Part shown: one piece after another, positions 45,088 to 55,803 of the stretch
How the letters are laid out: every line of letters begins with the position of its first letter
Numbering within the stretch: the first letter of the stretch is position 1
From: Sporolactobacillus sp.
GTDB lineage: Bacteria; Bacillota; Bacilli; Bacillales; Sporolactobacillaceae
NCBI GenBank assembly: GCA_047722915.1
Contig: JBDNZQ010000011.1
Span: 20,535-84,534 of the forward strand
Length of the DNA stretch: 64,000 nt
Direction of reading: 5' to 3'
Notes under the pieces: model-generated
Database searches by the model: none
What the model was told of the DNA's origin: nothing
The model's input: only the letters and a program-made list of their open reading frames with translations
Position numbers and translations under genes: made by a program

Positions 45088-46587
45088 ATGAACAGCGGAA
45101 AACGAAACTTGACACGTCTTGGAATCAAAGCCATTTCTTATCTTTTCACCTTAGTTGCGGTGATCATTCTGCTGCTTAATCTGTTCTATTCTCGCGGTTA
45201 CGAATCGGTAGGCTTGCGGGCATCATTCGTGTTCAAGGGGGTGACGCTGCTGGTGGCTGGAGCCGGGGTTGCCATGCTCATCTGGCGAAACCGGCAGATC
45301 GTGCGGCATCTGTCCCGAGTGCCGCCGAGGTGGGCCGTCACTGCGTTGCTGATCGTTAGCCTGCTGCTTCAGAGCGGGGTGCTGATTTTTCTAAATGTGC
45401 GTCCGTCTTGGGATTTTCGCTACCTTGTTGACGGAGCGAACTATGTTCTGCACAATGGCACGATCAGCAGCTACTTTTTTCGTTATCCAAATAATATCTT
45501 TCCGATGCTGTTACTGGCTGCGCTTGGCTGGCTTGGCACGCCGCAACTCCTTTTCTATCAGATCGTTAACATTGTGGCCATTGCTGCGTCGCAATATATG
45601 GTTTATCAATTTGTCAGGCGTCGCTGTGGTCAAGGTGTAGCCTTGGCCTGCCTGTTTGCTGCGGTGTTTGCTTTTCCGCTGATCGGCTATGCGCCGATCG
45701 TCTATACCGATACGCTGCCGCTTCCCTTTGCGATGGCAGCGCTTTGCCTGATGACGAATTCGTCGGGCGAGTTGAAGACGCACGGGTGCAATGTATGGCT
45801 TGTTTCACTGACGGTTGCCGTCTGCTTTATGTTGAAAGGTACGCTCATTGTTTTGCCCATCGCTTATGCCCTTGTTTTATTGCTGTTTGCCGGCGGTTGG
45901 CGCAAGTTCTTTTCACTGCTTCCGCTCATCACGTGCTTGGTTTTTCACTTTATTTTTTTTACCATGATCTATGATTTCGGACTCGTCGACCACGCCCAGA
46001 TTAGCAAAAATGCTTTCCCCATTGCCCATTGGATACTGATGGGAGAGAATGAGTGGACATACGGAAAGTATGAACAGCGCGATGTGGATACGACGCATCG
46101 GCTTATGATAAGCGAACCCAAAGCGGCAGTGACGCAGCAGCTGCTGAATGAAACACGCGAACGCATTATGAAACGGGGCTTTCTTGGCAATCTTCATTTT
46201 TGGATGGAGAAATTGGCTATGACGTGGACGGACGGTACGTTCTACGTCGTTAATGTGCTGCGCCGATTGCCTGAGCACCCACCGCTCTTTCGTGCCTTTC
46301 TGTTCAACGGGTTGACGGCGTTCTTTGTTCAAGCGATGGCCCGCATGGCTCTTATTGTTCTGGCTGTTGGCTTTTTCAGCGCCGCCTGTCGTTCGCGTAA
46401 ATGCCTGTTGAGCGCGTCAGACTGCTTTATGATGTTGACATGCATCGGTTTGTTTTTTTTCCTTTGCATATGGGAGACGCGTTCGCGCTATCTTGTCAGC
46501 GCCATCCCTTACTTTATTATCCTTGCAGCGTCCGGTTATTTTCCATCCCGGCACTTGCCTTTGATTTCCCATAACACCCAAAAGTAA
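45088..46587 (+). CDS. Polytopic membrane glycosyltransferase-like protein (GT-C fold, ArnT/PMT_2-like)
   Basis: I prefer the ATG at 45088 after RBS AAAGGAGAAG. 499 aa with at least 11 TM segments and the loop motif FRYPNNIFP. The family assignment rests on topology and weak motif similarity only. Confidence 0.55.
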   Translation: MNSGKRNLTRLGIKAISYLFTLVAVIILLLNLFYSRGYESVGLRASFVFKGVTLLVAGAGVAMLIWRNRQIVRHLSRVPPRWAVTALLIVSLLLQSGVLIFLNVRPSWDFRYLVDGANYVLHNGTISSYFFRYPNNIFPMLLLAALGWLGTPQLLFYQIVNIVAIAASQYMVYQFVRRRCGQGVALACLFAAVFAFPLIGYAPIVYTDTLPLPFAMAALCLMTNSSGELKTHGCNVWLVSLTVAVCFMLKGTLIVLPIAYALVLLLFAGGWRKFFSLLPLITCLVFHFIFFTMIYDFGLVDHAQISKNAFPIAHWILMGENEWTYGKYEQRDVDTTHRLMISEPKAAVTQQLLNETRERIMKRGFLGNLHFWMEKLAMTWTDGTFYVVNVLRRLPEHPPLFRAFLFNGLTAFFVQAMARMALIVLAVGFFSAACRSRKCLLSASDCFMMLTCIGLFFFLCIWETRSRYLVSAIPYFIILAASGYFPSRHLPLISHNTQK

Positions 46588-46803
46588 TACGCCACATCCG
46601 CAACGCTTGGATTGGCGTGCGCCATCTGCGCGTTCCACTTATGAAATTGTCTGATATACAGAGAGTTAAGTTTAATGACGTTTTTTGAATCAAACAGTGC
46701 TGTGAGCGCGATTTTCTTGATGCTCGTGGTTGTCAATCTCAGCAGGCCTCAACCGGCTTAGCAAAGGACGGCTCGTTCAGGTTCAGGGCGCGATCACTCG
46801 AAA

Positions 46804-46832
46804 AAGCCAAGCTATTTTTTGCTTGGTTTTTT
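46804..46832 (+). terminator. Intrinsic terminator upstream of dacF
   Basis: Stem AGCCAAGC/GCTTGGTT with loop TATTTTTT, followed by TTTTT. Confidence 0.6.
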
Positions 46833-46897
46833 GCATTCTCGTATAAAAAGAAAATTGGTGGAGAGAATGCTAATGATCAGCATAGGGAGGTAGATTC

Positions 46898-48061
46898 ATG
46901 AAATCTTTTTTGACAGGACTGCTGGCGGCCGTCTTGCTTCTGACATGCGGCGCACCAGCCGCCCATGCCCAAGTGAAATCATCGGACAAAGCCAAAGCGA
47001 CCGGTCAGTCAGCCATTGTTATTGAAGCGGAAACCGGTCAAGTGCTTTACCAAAAAAATGCCGAAAAGGAACTGCCTCCGGCAAGTATGACCAAAATTAT
47101 GACGATGTTGCTCATTTTCAAAGCCATCAGTCACCATCAATTAGCGCTAAACGACAAAGTAAGCGTCAGTGAGTACGCGGCATCGATGGGCGGATCCCAA
47201 GTGTTTCTTGAACCGGGAGAGACGATGAACGTCGATGAAATGCTGCGTGCGATTGCGATTGCCTCGGGCAATGATGCATCTGTTGCCATGGCAGAGAAAC
47301 TGAGTGGTTCGGTGAAATCATTCGTTGCCGCCATGAATGCTGAAGCCAAAGTTCTTGGATTAAAACACACGCATTTTGCCAATCCGACCGGGCTGCCGGT
47401 CGCTAATCACTATACGACGGCGCACGACATGGCCGTCATGGCGCGCGCACTTGCCCGCTACCCGCTTGTGTTTCACTATACGTCAAAATACGACGATTAT
47501 CTTCGTGAAAATACGGATAAAAAGTTCTGGCTCGTCAATACAAATAAGCTGATTAAAACGTATCCGGGTGCGGATGGCATGAAAACAGGTTTTACAAACG
47601 AGGCAAAATATTGTCTGACAGCGACCGCTAAGCGAGAGGGTATGCGTCTGATTACGGTCGTCATGGGAGCGCCGACACCCAAGGCGCGCAATAAGGAAGT
47701 GGCCGATTTAATGAATCAGGCGTTTGCTGCCTACGAGACAAAGCAGATTGTTCCCAAGGGGAAAACAGTAACCACTGAAAAAGTAGCGAAAGGCAGTGTC
47801 AGTCACGTTGCCGTCGTCACGGAAAAACCGGTCGTTCTGCTGGCCAAACGAGGCAAGGTGCCAAAGAAGCTGCAGAAAAAGATTGTGCTCAAAGCTAAAT
47901 TATCTGCGCCTTTAAAGGCGGGCAGTGTCGTCGGCTATTATATTGTCAGTGATCAGCGGCACGTGCTCACTAAGACGCCGCTTGTCGTGACAACAAATGT
48001 CAATTCAGCCTCTTGGTGGCAGTTGTTTAAGCGCAGCGCCGGCAGCATTTTTAGCCATTGA
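46898..48061 (+). CDS. dacF: D-alanyl-D-alanine carboxypeptidase (PBP5 family), forespore type
   Basis: 387 aa with a signal peptide and the motifs SMTK, SGN and KTG. It lies immediately upstream of spoIIAA-spoIIAB-sigF, as in B. subtilis. Confidence 0.85.
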   Translation: MKSFLTGLLAAVLLLTCGAPAAHAQVKSSDKAKATGQSAIVIEAETGQVLYQKNAEKELPPASMTKIMTMLLIFKAISHHQLALNDKVSVSEYAASMGGSQVFLEPGETMNVDEMLRAIAIASGNDASVAMAEKLSGSVKSFVAAMNAEAKVLGLKHTHFANPTGLPVANHYTTAHDMAVMARALARYPLVFHYTSKYDDYLRENTDKKFWLVNTNKLIKTYPGADGMKTGFTNEAKYCLTATAKREGMRLITVVMGAPTPKARNKEVADLMNQAFAAYETKQIVPKGKTVTTEKVAKGSVSHVAVVTEKPVVLLAKRGKVPKKLQKKIVLKAKLSAPLKAGSVVGYYIVSDQRHVLTKTPLVVTTNVNSASWWQLFKRSAGSIFSH

Positions 48062-48121
48062 TACGCTTGAGCTGAACAGACTAAAAAGAATGACGAAAAT
48101 CCACTAGTTTTGCGGTTCGGC

Positions 48122-48147
48122 AGGGAAAGCGCTGAACGGTGAAGAAA
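48122..48147 (+). promoter_or_regulatory. Candidate sigma-H type promoter of the spoIIA operon
   Basis: AGGGAAA, 12 nt, then GAAGAAA. This loosely matches RNAGGAWWW ... RNNGAAT. Confidence 0.25.
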
Positions 48148-48200
48148 AATATCTACAGACAGGCATTTGAGCCATGATGCGTTCCGGGAGGGGAAAACGT

Positions 48201-48551
48201 ATGAGTCTGACAATGGATTTGGAAGTGAAATACGGGGTGCTTTGCATTCGGTTGGAAGGCGAGCTGGATCACCATACGGCTGAAGAATTGCGGCAGCGTG
48301 TCACCGCTGTCATGGATGAAGAAATTGTGCAGCATATTCTGCTGAATTGTGAAAAACTGACTTTTATGGACAGTTCCGGACTTGGCGTGATTCTTGGACG
48401 CTATCGCCAGATCGTCGGACTTGGCGGTGAGCTTGTTGTCTGCGCGCTGTCTCCTTCTGTTCGGCGGCTTTTCGAACTGAGCGGTCTCTTCAAAATTATC
48501 CGTTTTGAACCGGATGAAGACGATGCACTGCATACGCTGGGGGTGGCTTGA
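48201..48551 (+). CDS. spoIIAA: Anti-sigma F factor antagonist
   Basis: I prefer the ATG at 48201 after RBS GGGAGGGG. STAS domain with the phosphorylatable Ser in FMDSSGLG. Confidence 0.9.
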   Translation: MSLTMDLEVKYGVLCIRLEGELDHHTAEELRQRVTAVMDEEIVQHILLNCEKLTFMDSSGLGVILGRYRQIVGLGGELVVCALSPSVRRLFELSGLFKIIRFEPDEDDALHTLGVA

Positions 48552-48995
48552 ATGAAGAATGAAATGACCCTCCTTTTTCCGGCAATCAGTGCAAATGAGG
48601 CATTTGCTCGTGTTACGGTGGCCGCCTTTATTTCGCAAGTCGATCCGACACTTGAGGAAGTCACAGAGGTCAAGACAGTCGTATCAGAAGCGGTGACTAA
48701 CTGCATTATTCACGGATATGCCAACAGTGGTGAGGGGCAAATTAAAATTCAGGCTGAGCTGGCGGATGGTGGATTATTCAGTCTCAGCATTCATGACGAC
48801 GGTGTCGGCATTGCCGACCTTGAACAAGCGAAGCAGCCGTTGTTCACGACAAAACCTGAGCTTGAGCGCTCCGGGATGGGTTTTACAATTATGGAAAACT
48901 TCATGGATGACATCACGATAAAAACGGAGGTCGGCAAAGGCACAACCGTTCTGATGACAAAAACGATTACCCATCATCGTGCGCTGTGCAAATAG
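48552..48995 (+). CDS. spoIIAB: Anti-sigma F factor (serine kinase)
   Basis: 147 aa. GHKL ATPase motifs [17 protein letters not shown] and RSGMGFT. Confidence 0.9.
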   Translation: MKNEMTLLFPAISANEAFARVTVAAFISQVDPTLEEVTEVKTVVSEAVTNCIIHGYANSGEGQIKIQAELADGGLFSLSIHDDGVGIADLEQAKQPLFTTKPELERSGMGFTIMENFMDDITIKTEVGKGTTVLMTKTITHHRALCK

Positions 48996-49001
48996 GGAGA
49001 T

Positions 49002-49766
49002 GTGCAGATGAATCTGGACCGGAAAGTTTGCGCAAGAGAGTCGTTGCTTGATGATGATGAGATCAAACAGCTAATTGCACGCAGTCAATCGGGCGATCAT
49101 GCGGCGCGCGACCGAATTGTGGCTAAGAACATGCGGCTTGTCTGGTCGGTTGTGCAGCGGTTTTTGAGCCGCGGTTATGAAGCGGACGATCTGTTCCAGA
49201 TTGGCTGTATCGGTCTGCTCAAATCCGTCGACAAATTTGATCTGAGCTATAACGTGAAATTTTCGACCTATGCGGTACCGATGATTATCGGTGAAATTCA
49301 GCGCTTTATTCGTGATGACGGAGCGGTTAAAGTCAGTCGTTCATTGAAAGAGACAGGTATCCGCGTACGAAAGAAGCGTGACGAAATCGCTAAAAAACTG
49401 GGCCGCAATCCGACGGTCGGCGAGTTGGCCGAAGCGCTTGAACTCTCTCCTGAAGACGTCGTGATGTCTCAGGAAGCGATTAGAATGCCGTCGTCGATCA
49501 ATGAAACGGTGTTTGAAAATGACGGCGACCCAATTACCATGCTTGATCAAATTGCCGATGGTGAAAGCGGTAAATGGTTTGATAAAATGCTCATTCGTGA
49601 GGCGATCGAGCGACTGAGTGAGCGAGAAAAGCTGATCGTTTACTTGAGATATTTTAAAGATCAGACACAAATGGAAGTTGCTGTGCGGCTTGGTATTTCA
49701 CAGGTCCAAGTGTCACGGCTGGAAAAAAAGATTCTCGAGGAAATTAAGAGCCAGATGGCAGAATGA
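49002..49766 (+). CDS. sigF: RNA polymerase sporulation sigma factor F
   Basis: 254 aa with sigma-70 regions 2-4 (FSTYAVPMIIGEIQRFIRDDG, GISQVQVSRLEKK). The ATG at 49008 is a possible alternative start. Confidence 0.9.
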   Translation: MQMNLDRKVCARESLLDDDEIKQLIARSQSGDHAARDRIVAKNMRLVWSVVQRFLSRGYEADDLFQIGCIGLLKSVDKFDLSYNVKFSTYAVPMIIGEIQRFIRDDGAVKVSRSLKETGIRVRKKRDEIAKKLGRNPTVGELAEALELSPEDVVMSQEAIRMPSSINETVFENDGDPITMLDQIADGESGKWFDKMLIREAIERLSEREKLIVYLRYFKDQTQMEVAVRLGISQVQVSRLEKKILEEIKSQMAE

Positions 49767-49804
49767 CAAAAAAAGTATGGGTATGCCGTCTCTTATAGGT
49801 GTGA

Positions 49805-49835
49805 GTGCCGAGCCGCTTAGCGTTCGGCATTTTTG
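49805..49835 (+). terminator. Intrinsic terminator after sigF
   Basis: Stem TGCCGA/TCGGCA followed by TTTTT. Confidence 0.6.
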
Positions 49836-50005
49836 CGCACTAAAAAGAACAGGGCATGTTAAAGCGTCAGAATCTCATTTGTCTGAGTGTCCCGCGACAA
49901 GTCAACAACCGGAGCCCTGTTGTTTTAAAGGATTTATTAGAACAAAGTTTTTTTCTAACCTAACAGAAATTGTGACGGTGTTGCCTGCCGCTGTTTGAGC
50001 GATGC

Positions 50006-50034
50006 TCATAGATTTCGACGCACGGTGCATACTA
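50006..50034 (+). promoter_or_regulatory. Candidate forespore (sigma-G/F type) promoter of the spoVA genes
   Basis: TCATA, 17 nt, then CATACTA. This fits GNATR-N17/18-CATNNTA except for the first base. Confidence 0.35.
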
Positions 50035-50071
50035 CTCGTATCAATGGAAACGGTGAGGAGGAGATGCAGCA

Positions 50072-50521
50072 ATGCTGAATGATCCAAAAAACTACAGCAA
50101 GGCCATTAAACCATTTTTGCCGAAAATTCCCTACATAAGCAATTGTTTTAAAGCCTTTGTTTCAGGCGGTGCAATCTGCTTGATCGGCCAATGTATTCAA
50201 GTTTTCTATATACATTTTTTTCATTTCAGCAAGCAGGCCGCAGGGAATCCCACATCAGCTACGCTTATTCTTGCTTCAGCACTTCTGACCGGCTTTGGAC
50301 TCTATGACCGTTTGGCACGCTTTGCCGGAGCAGGTTCGATCGTTCCGGTGACCGGTTTTGCCAATTCAATAACAAGCGCTGCACTTGAACATAAGAATGA
50401 AGGCGTTGTGCTGGGCATTGCCACAAATTTGTTTTCGCTGGCAGGGGCAGTCATTGTATTTGGCGTCGTTTCTGCGGCGGTGCTCGGCATTGTACGTCTG
50501 GCGATCGAACAGCTGTTTTAG
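50072..50521 (+). CDS. spoVAC: Stage V sporulation protein AC
   Basis: 149 aa with 4 TM segments, containing GGAICLIGQ and VPVTGFANS. Confidence 0.9.
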   Translation: MLNDPKNYSKAIKPFLPKIPYISNCFKAFVSGGAICLIGQCIQVFYIHFFHFSKQAAGNPTSATLILASALLTGFGLYDRLARFAGAGSIVPVTGFANSITSAALEHKNEGVVLGIATNLFSLAGAVIVFGVVSAAVLGIVRLAIEQLF

Positions 50522-50738
50522 CAACCTCATCCTGCCTCTGATAAAATGGGTCCGGCAGCCGCGACATGCTGTGCATCAGCCTATCCGGCAGTTGCCGGGG
50601 CGGTAAACTAACAACGTAGAAAGACTTCAGAGGGGAGAAGCCCAGACCAGTTGGATCCATTCCAATGAACAACTAGAGGATGTCACGCAGTGCCCGAACT
50701 GAATAAGGATTTCAAAACTAGTTATACAAGGAGGGAAA

Positions 50739-51761
50739 GTGGTGAGTAAAATTCGCGAACAGACGTGGCGCTTCGATCGTCCGGTTTACATCGAGTCAAC
50801 CGGGACAACAACGGGACCGCTTGAGGGACGTGGACCGCTTGGCGGCACGTTTGATACATGTTATGCAGTTCTGAATTGCGGCGAAAAAGACTGGGTAAAT
50901 GCAGAACGCACGCTGTTGCGGCGCGCGGTGAATTTTTGCTTGGCAAAAGCAGGAAAGCAGACAAGCGATATAGATCTCTTTCTTGCCGGCGATTTGATGG
51001 ATCAGACTGTAACGGCTAATTTTATTGCTCGTGAACTGCGCATCCCCTACTTTGGGATGTTTGGTGCCTGCTCAACGTCGATGGAAACGCTGGCACAAGC
51101 GGCACAGCTTGTCGAAAGCGGCTATGCAGATCACGCGCTGTGCGCGGTCAGCAGTCACAATGCGACAGCCGAGCGTCAGTTCCGCTATCCGACAGAATAT
51201 GGCGGACCCCATAATTTGACGCAGACGTTCACCGTGACCGGTGCAGCTGCGGCTCTGATCGGGCGTGAGAAGGGCAAGGTGCGCGTGTGTGAGGCAACGA
51301 TTGGCAGAGTCATTGATTGGGGAATCGGCGATCCGAACAATTTGGGAGCGGCGATGGCACCGGCTGCCGCCGACACAATCTGGCGCCATTTTCAAGATAC
51401 GGGGCGCACCCCGGATGCCTATGATTTGATCGTCACCGGCGATCTTTCAAGCGTCGGCTCGCCCCTGCTCGTTGAACTGCTCTCGGAAAAGGGACTGGCA
51501 ATTCATCGTCAACACAAAGATTGTGGTTTGATGATCTACAGTCCCGATCAACCCGTTAATGCGGGGGGAAGCGGAACCGCCTGCTCGGCGGTTGTTACAT
51601 TTGGCTACCTTTATCAGAAGCTAGCTGAGGGGACGATGCACCGCGTATTAGTCGTTGCGACCGGTGCTTTAATGAATCAGGCAACAACGAAACAAAAGGA
51701 TACGATTCCCTGTATTGCCCACGGCATCGTTCTTGAATCGGCAAGGGAGGATGAGCCATGA
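50739..51761 (+). CDS. spoVAD: Stage V sporulation protein AD
   Basis: 340 aa with a thiolase-like fold, containing [10 protein letters not shown] and [19 protein letters not shown] start after RBS AAGGAGGGA. Confidence 0.9.
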   Translation: MVSKIREQTWRFDRPVYIESTGTTTGPLEGRGPLGGTFDTCYAVLNCGEKDWVNAERTLLRRAVNFCLAKAGKQTSDIDLFLAGDLMDQTVTANFIARELRIPYFGMFGACSTSMETLAQAAQLVESGYADHALCAVSSHNATAERQFRYPTEYGGPHNLTQTFTVTGAAAALIGREKGKVRVCEATIGRVIDWGIGDPNNLGAAMAPAAADTIWRHFQDTGRTPDAYDLIVTGDLSSVGSPLLVELLSEKGLAIHRQHKDCGLMIYSPDQPVNAGGSGTACSAVVTFGYLYQKLAEGTMHRVLVVATGALMNQATTKQKDTIPCIAHGIVLESAREDEP

Positions 51762-52108
51762 TTTTCTTAAATGCATTTCTTGTCGGGGGAGCCATCTGTG
51801 TTGTGGGACAGTTGCTGCTTGATGTTTTTAAGCTGACACCCGCGCATATCGTTGCCCTCTTTGTTGTGCTTGGTGCACTGCTTGATACGTTTGGCATCTA
51901 TGATCACTTGATCGATTTTGCCGGTGCAGGGGCGACGGTACCGATCACAAGCTTTGGTCATGCCCTGCTGCACGGCGCCATGTCGGAAGGACATGAACAC
52001 GGTTATCTCGGCATCGCCATCGGTATTTTCAAGCTGACCTCGGCCGGTATCACCTCAGCCATTTTGTTTGGATTTCTTGCTGCGCTTGTTTTCAAACCGC
52101 GCGGATAA
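51758..52108 (+). CDS. spoVAEb: Stage V sporulation protein AE (AEb type)
   Basis: 116 aa beginning [26 protein letters not shown] overlap with spoVAD. Confidence 0.85.
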   Translation: MIFLNAFLVGGAICVVGQLLLDVFKLTPAHIVALFVVLGALLDTFGIYDHLIDFAGAGATVPITSFGHALLHGAMSEGHEHGYLGIAIGIFKLTSAGITSAILFGFLAALVFKPRG

Positions 52109-52135
52109 TGGGAACAAAGGAGCCCGGATATACTG

Positions 52136-53611
52136 ATGCTTGCAGAACATACGCCGATAGACGATCAGCTGGTAAAAAATGAAGGCATACTTGATCCGCT
52201 GCTTGACTTCGGACCGCACAACTTTGATCTTGGCGTGCGCGATTTTCTGATTCTCGGACGCAGCTGTCGAATTTATTATACGAACAGTCTGGCGGATGGC
52301 ACGCTCATCGCCATCCTGATGAGCGAGCTGATGCGGCTCGTGCATGACAGCTCGCACGAAAGCCATGTATTTGAAACCATCAAGCAGCACCTCGTTCACT
52401 ATCAAGTCGAAGAGGCGGCGACGCTGAATGACGTCGTCGATAAAATGTTAACGGGACGCATTGTGCTGCTCATTGATGGCGAAACATCGGCCTTGATCAT
52501 TGATATTCGACATTATCCAGGGCGACAACCGCAGGAGCCGGATGTTGAAAAGGTAGTGCGCGGCGCAAAGGACGGTTTTACTGAAAACATTATTGAAAGC
52601 TCGGGCCTGATCCGCAGACGTATTCGCGATCCGCGGCTGCGCTGCGAACTGATGCAAGTCGGTCAGCGTTCAAAAACGGACGTTTGTCTGTGCTACTTGA
52701 AAGACGTGGCTAATCCTCAGCTGCTGAAGACGCTCCGTAAAGAGCTGCAAGCGATTCAAGTGGACGGCATTCCGATGGCAGACAATGCGCTCGAAGAGTT
52801 TGTTGTGAAGCAAGGTTGGAATCCCTATCCGCTTGTTCGCTTTACCGGGCGACCGGATGTTGCCGCGACTCACTTACTTGAAGGTCATGTCATCATCATT
52901 ACGGATACATCGCCGAGCGTCATGATTCTGCCAACGACGTTGTTTCACCATCTGCAGCACGTCGAAGAGTACCGGCAAGTCACTGCCGCCGGCAGCATGC
53001 TGCGATGCACTCGGCTTTTGGCCGTTTTAGCCTCCGTATTTCTTGTGCCGCTCTGGCTGTTGCTCGTGCAGGATCACCTGCTGCCGCAGGGGCTCGGCTT
53101 TATCGGTCCGAATAGCCACCATTACCATCTGCCACTGCTCGTTCAAATTCTTATTGCCGAGGCAGGGATTGAAGCTTTGCGTTTGGCGGCCATTCATACA
53201 CCGACCTCGTTGTCCACTGCGCTCGGCTTGATTGCTGCCGTGCTGATCGGGCAAATCGCTATTCAAGTCGGCGTGTTTATCCCCGAGGTCATTCTTTACA
53301 CGTCAGTTTCAGCAATTGGCGGTTTTGCAACACCAAGCTATGAATTACAGCTGGCTAATAAAATGACAAGATTGCTGCTGATTTTAGCAGCCGGTTTACT
53401 TCAGGTGCCTGGATTCATGCTTGCCGCAACGCTGATGATCGTCTATTTAGCCCATGTGACGAATTTGAATACACCGTATCTGTGGCCCTTTATCCCATTT
53501 AATCCGACTGGATTGTATAATGTGCTTATCCGCCGCGCACTGCCAACGGCAACTCTGCGTCCGAGCATCGTACGTCCGCTCGACAAATACCGGCAGCCGA
53601 AGACAAAGTGA
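52136..53611 (+). CDS. spoVAF: Stage V sporulation protein AF (GerA-family)
   Basis: 491 aa. The N-terminal soluble domain and C-terminal TM bundle match GerAA/SpoVAF proteins (RRIRDPRL, LFHHLQ). Its position between spoVAE and lysA matches B. subtilis. Confidence 0.85.
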   Translation: MLAEHTPIDDQLVKNEGILDPLLDFGPHNFDLGVRDFLILGRSCRIYYTNSLADGTLIAILMSELMRLVHDSSHESHVFETIKQHLVHYQVEEAATLNDVVDKMLTGRIVLLIDGETSALIIDIRHYPGRQPQEPDVEKVVRGAKDGFTENIIESSGLIRRRIRDPRLRCELMQVGQRSKTDVCLCYLKDVANPQLLKTLRKELQAIQVDGIPMADNALEEFVVKQGWNPYPLVRFTGRPDVAATHLLEGHVIIITDTSPSVMILPTTLFHHLQHVEEYRQVTAAGSMLRCTRLLAVLASVFLVPLWLLLVQDHLLPQGLGFIGPNSHHYHLPLLVQILIAEAGIEALRLAAIHTPTSLSTALGLIAAVLIGQIAIQVGVFIPEVILYTSVSAIGGFATPSYELQLANKMTRLLLILAAGLLQVPGFMLAATLMIVYLAHVTNLNTPYLWPFIPFNPTGLYNVLIRRALPTATLRPSIVRPLDKYRQPKTK

Positions 53612-53945
53612 AGCTTGCCTATCATAGTCATTGGTGATAAAATGAATTAAATTTAAACGGTATTATTTTTAACTGATAAGGAGTGCGGCACGGATCAGTG
53701 AGGGGCGGAGGATGACGAAGTTCCTGCAAGATTTGATCGCCGAAGCGGATGTTTTTTTCGCAAACGGCAGGCCGGTCTTCAGATGAATGAAGCGGCAGGC
53801 TGCCGTTTGCGTGTTGCAGCGGAGCACTTGTCGGGCGCGGTGTAAGCAAAGTTGGACCTGTGTTTCCGGACGCAGGTTTTTGTGCGTTTGGAGGAAATGG
53901 TTTGCGCAGCGTCACTACAAGCGCAGTGCAGAGAGGGGCAGATAG

Positions 53946-55271
53946 TTGCTAAACGGAATGGAACAGAATGAAAAAGGGCATCTCATCATTGGCGGATGCG
54001 ATGCGGTTAAGCTTGCGGAAACATATGGGACACCGCTTTATGTCTATGACGTGTCAATGATTCGTCAGAACATCAACGCTTTTAAACAGGCCTTTGCAAG
54101 CCACCCGAAGATCAACTGGCAGATCGCTTATGCAAGCAAGGCTTTCTCCTCAACGGCTATGGTTCAGCTGATTAAGGAAGAGGGACTCTCGCTTGATGTC
54201 GTCTCAGGCGGCGAGCTTTATACGGCACTTCAGGCGGGTATGCCGGCAAAGAACATTCATTTTCATGGCAACAACAAGTCCGATGATGAACTTGCCTTTG
54301 CCCTTGATTCAAACATTGGACTGATCGTTGTCGATAATTTTTATGAGCTTGAACGTTTGGAAGAGTTGTGTGCCCGTTGCGGTCAAACGATGGACATATT
54401 GCTTCGCATCACGCCGGGCGTTGAGGCACACACGCATGAATTTATTATGACCGGGCAAAGTGATACGAAGTTTGGATTTAATCTGGAGGGCGGGATGGCG
54501 GATCAAGCGGTGCGCCAAGCTATGTCTGCCGAGCATCTGTCATTAAAAGGCTTACATTGCCACATCGGCTCGCAGATCTTTGAGACGGAGGGCTATGCGC
54601 GTGCGATTGCTAATATCTATGCCGCGATTGAAAAATGGATAGCCGACCCCGGATTCATACCGGCAGTGATGAACGTTGGCGGCGGCTTTGGCATTCAATA
54701 TACCAAGCGTGACCGTCCACTCCCTGTCAGTGCCTATGTTGACCGCATTGTGGCGGCCGTGGAGGCGGAAAGTGTGCGATTGCATATAGATACGCCTTCA
54801 ATTTGGGTGGAGCCCGGTCGCCGCATCGTCGGTGAAGCGGGCATGACACTTTATACCGTCGGCGCGATCAAGACGATTCCCGGGGTTCGTACATATATGT
54901 CGGTTGACGGCGGCATGACCGATAATATACGGCCAGCCCTCTATGGCGCTATGTATCGGGCGATTTGCGCCAATCGGGTCGGGGAGCCTTCAGACACAGA
55001 CTACACGATTGCCGGCAAATGCTGCGAAACGGGTGACCTACTCATTAAGGGTGCCATGCTTCCGGCAGCATGCACGAGCGGCGACACGCTTGCTGTTTGC
55101 GCGACTGGCGCTTACGGTTACGCCATGGCCAGCCACTACAATCGTTTACCCAATCCTGCCGTTGTTTTTGTCGAAGACGGCGAAGCGACTGTTGTTGTCC
55201 GGCGGGAAAGCTATGCAGATCTGACTCGTTTTGATGTACCGCTGAAAACAAAACTTGCACACGAAGGTTAA
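53946..55271 (+). CDS. lysA: Diaminopimelate decarboxylase
   Basis: 441 aa. TTG start after RBS GAGAGGGG. It contains YGTPLYVYD, the PLP lysine in YASKAF, and GGGFGI. Confidence 0.9.
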   Translation: MLNGMEQNEKGHLIIGGCDAVKLAETYGTPLYVYDVSMIRQNINAFKQAFASHPKINWQIAYASKAFSSTAMVQLIKEEGLSLDVVSGGELYTALQAGMPAKNIHFHGNNKSDDELAFALDSNIGLIVVDNFYELERLEELCARCGQTMDILLRITPGVEAHTHEFIMTGQSDTKFGFNLEGGMADQAVRQAMSAEHLSLKGLHCHIGSQIFETEGYARAIANIYAAIEKWIADPGFIPAVMNVGGGFGIQYTKRDRPLPVSAYVDRIVAAVEAESVRLHIDTPSIWVEPGRRIVGEAGMTLYTVGAIKTIPGVRTYMSVDGGMTDNIRPALYGAMYRAICANRVGEPSDTDYTIAGKCCETGDLLIKGAMLPAACTSGDTLAVCATGAYGYAMASHYNRLPNPAVVFVEDGEATVVVRRESYADLTRFDVPLKTKLAHEG

Positions 55272-55440
55272 CTGTGCACAATGGTGTAGAGATGGGTATA
55301 ATAAGGAAGGATGCGGCTGGCGCTTCAAATGCGGCTACCAGCCGAGGAATGTGCCGGCTGTTCATATCGGTTGTTTTTGCACTTAAAGTTGTGACAGATG
55401 AGGATGCACGGCATTATTTTTTGGCAACGAGGGGTTTGAC

Positions 55441-55803
55441 ATGCTGATTCGTTATAAAAAATGCTATGAGAAAATTGCTGTTGGTCTACTGTCGCTTCTG
55501 TCAACTGCAGCGGATATTAAAAACGTTTTTCAAACGGTGCGTCTTTATGAAGACGACGATCGTTTGCAGCTGTTTTTGTGGAAGCAGGGGGAAGACATTA
55601 TAGGTGTGCTGGGTATCCAGATCATGGCTTCAGACAGGGCAGTGATCCGCCATATCAGCGTCAATCCGTCATATCGTGAAGAAGGGATTGACGTGCAGAT
55701 GTGCGATGCGCTGGCGGCTTTTCTGGGGGCTGACGTCAAAATTATACCGCTTGAGGAGGCGGAAGAGACGTTGCCCGGCACAGCGGAAAAGTCGGTGGAT
55801 TGA
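55441..55803 (+). CDS. ribT: RibT-like GNAT protein
   Basis: 120 aa. MLIRYKKCYEKIAVGLLS...LFLWKQGEDIIGVLGI...IRHISVNPSYR closely parallels B. subtilis RibT (MLIRYKKSFEKIAMGLLS...IRHISVNPSHR). Confidence 0.8.
   Translation: MLIRYKKCYEKIAVGLLSLLSTAADIKNVFQTVRLYEDDDRLQLFLWKQGEDIIGVLGIQIMASDRAVIRHISVNPSYREEGIDVQMCDALAAFLGADVKIIPLEEAEETLPGTAEKSVD

Noticed and set aside
46833-46897. Sigma-F type promoter for dacF (GTATA ... GGAGAGAATGCTA)
   Set aside because: The spacing and -10 fit to the GGNNANAHTR consensus are ambiguous by eye. It is too uncertain to list as a feature.
53612-53945. Lysine riboswitch (L-box) upstream of lysA, the 95-aa antisense ORF 53628..53915, and a 24-codon ORF at about 53700
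   Set aside because: The conserved L-box cores (AGAGGCGC, ACTGTCA, GGAGAGC) are absent. The antisense ORF has no RBS and a low-complexity composition. The 24-codon ORF is too weakly supported to call.
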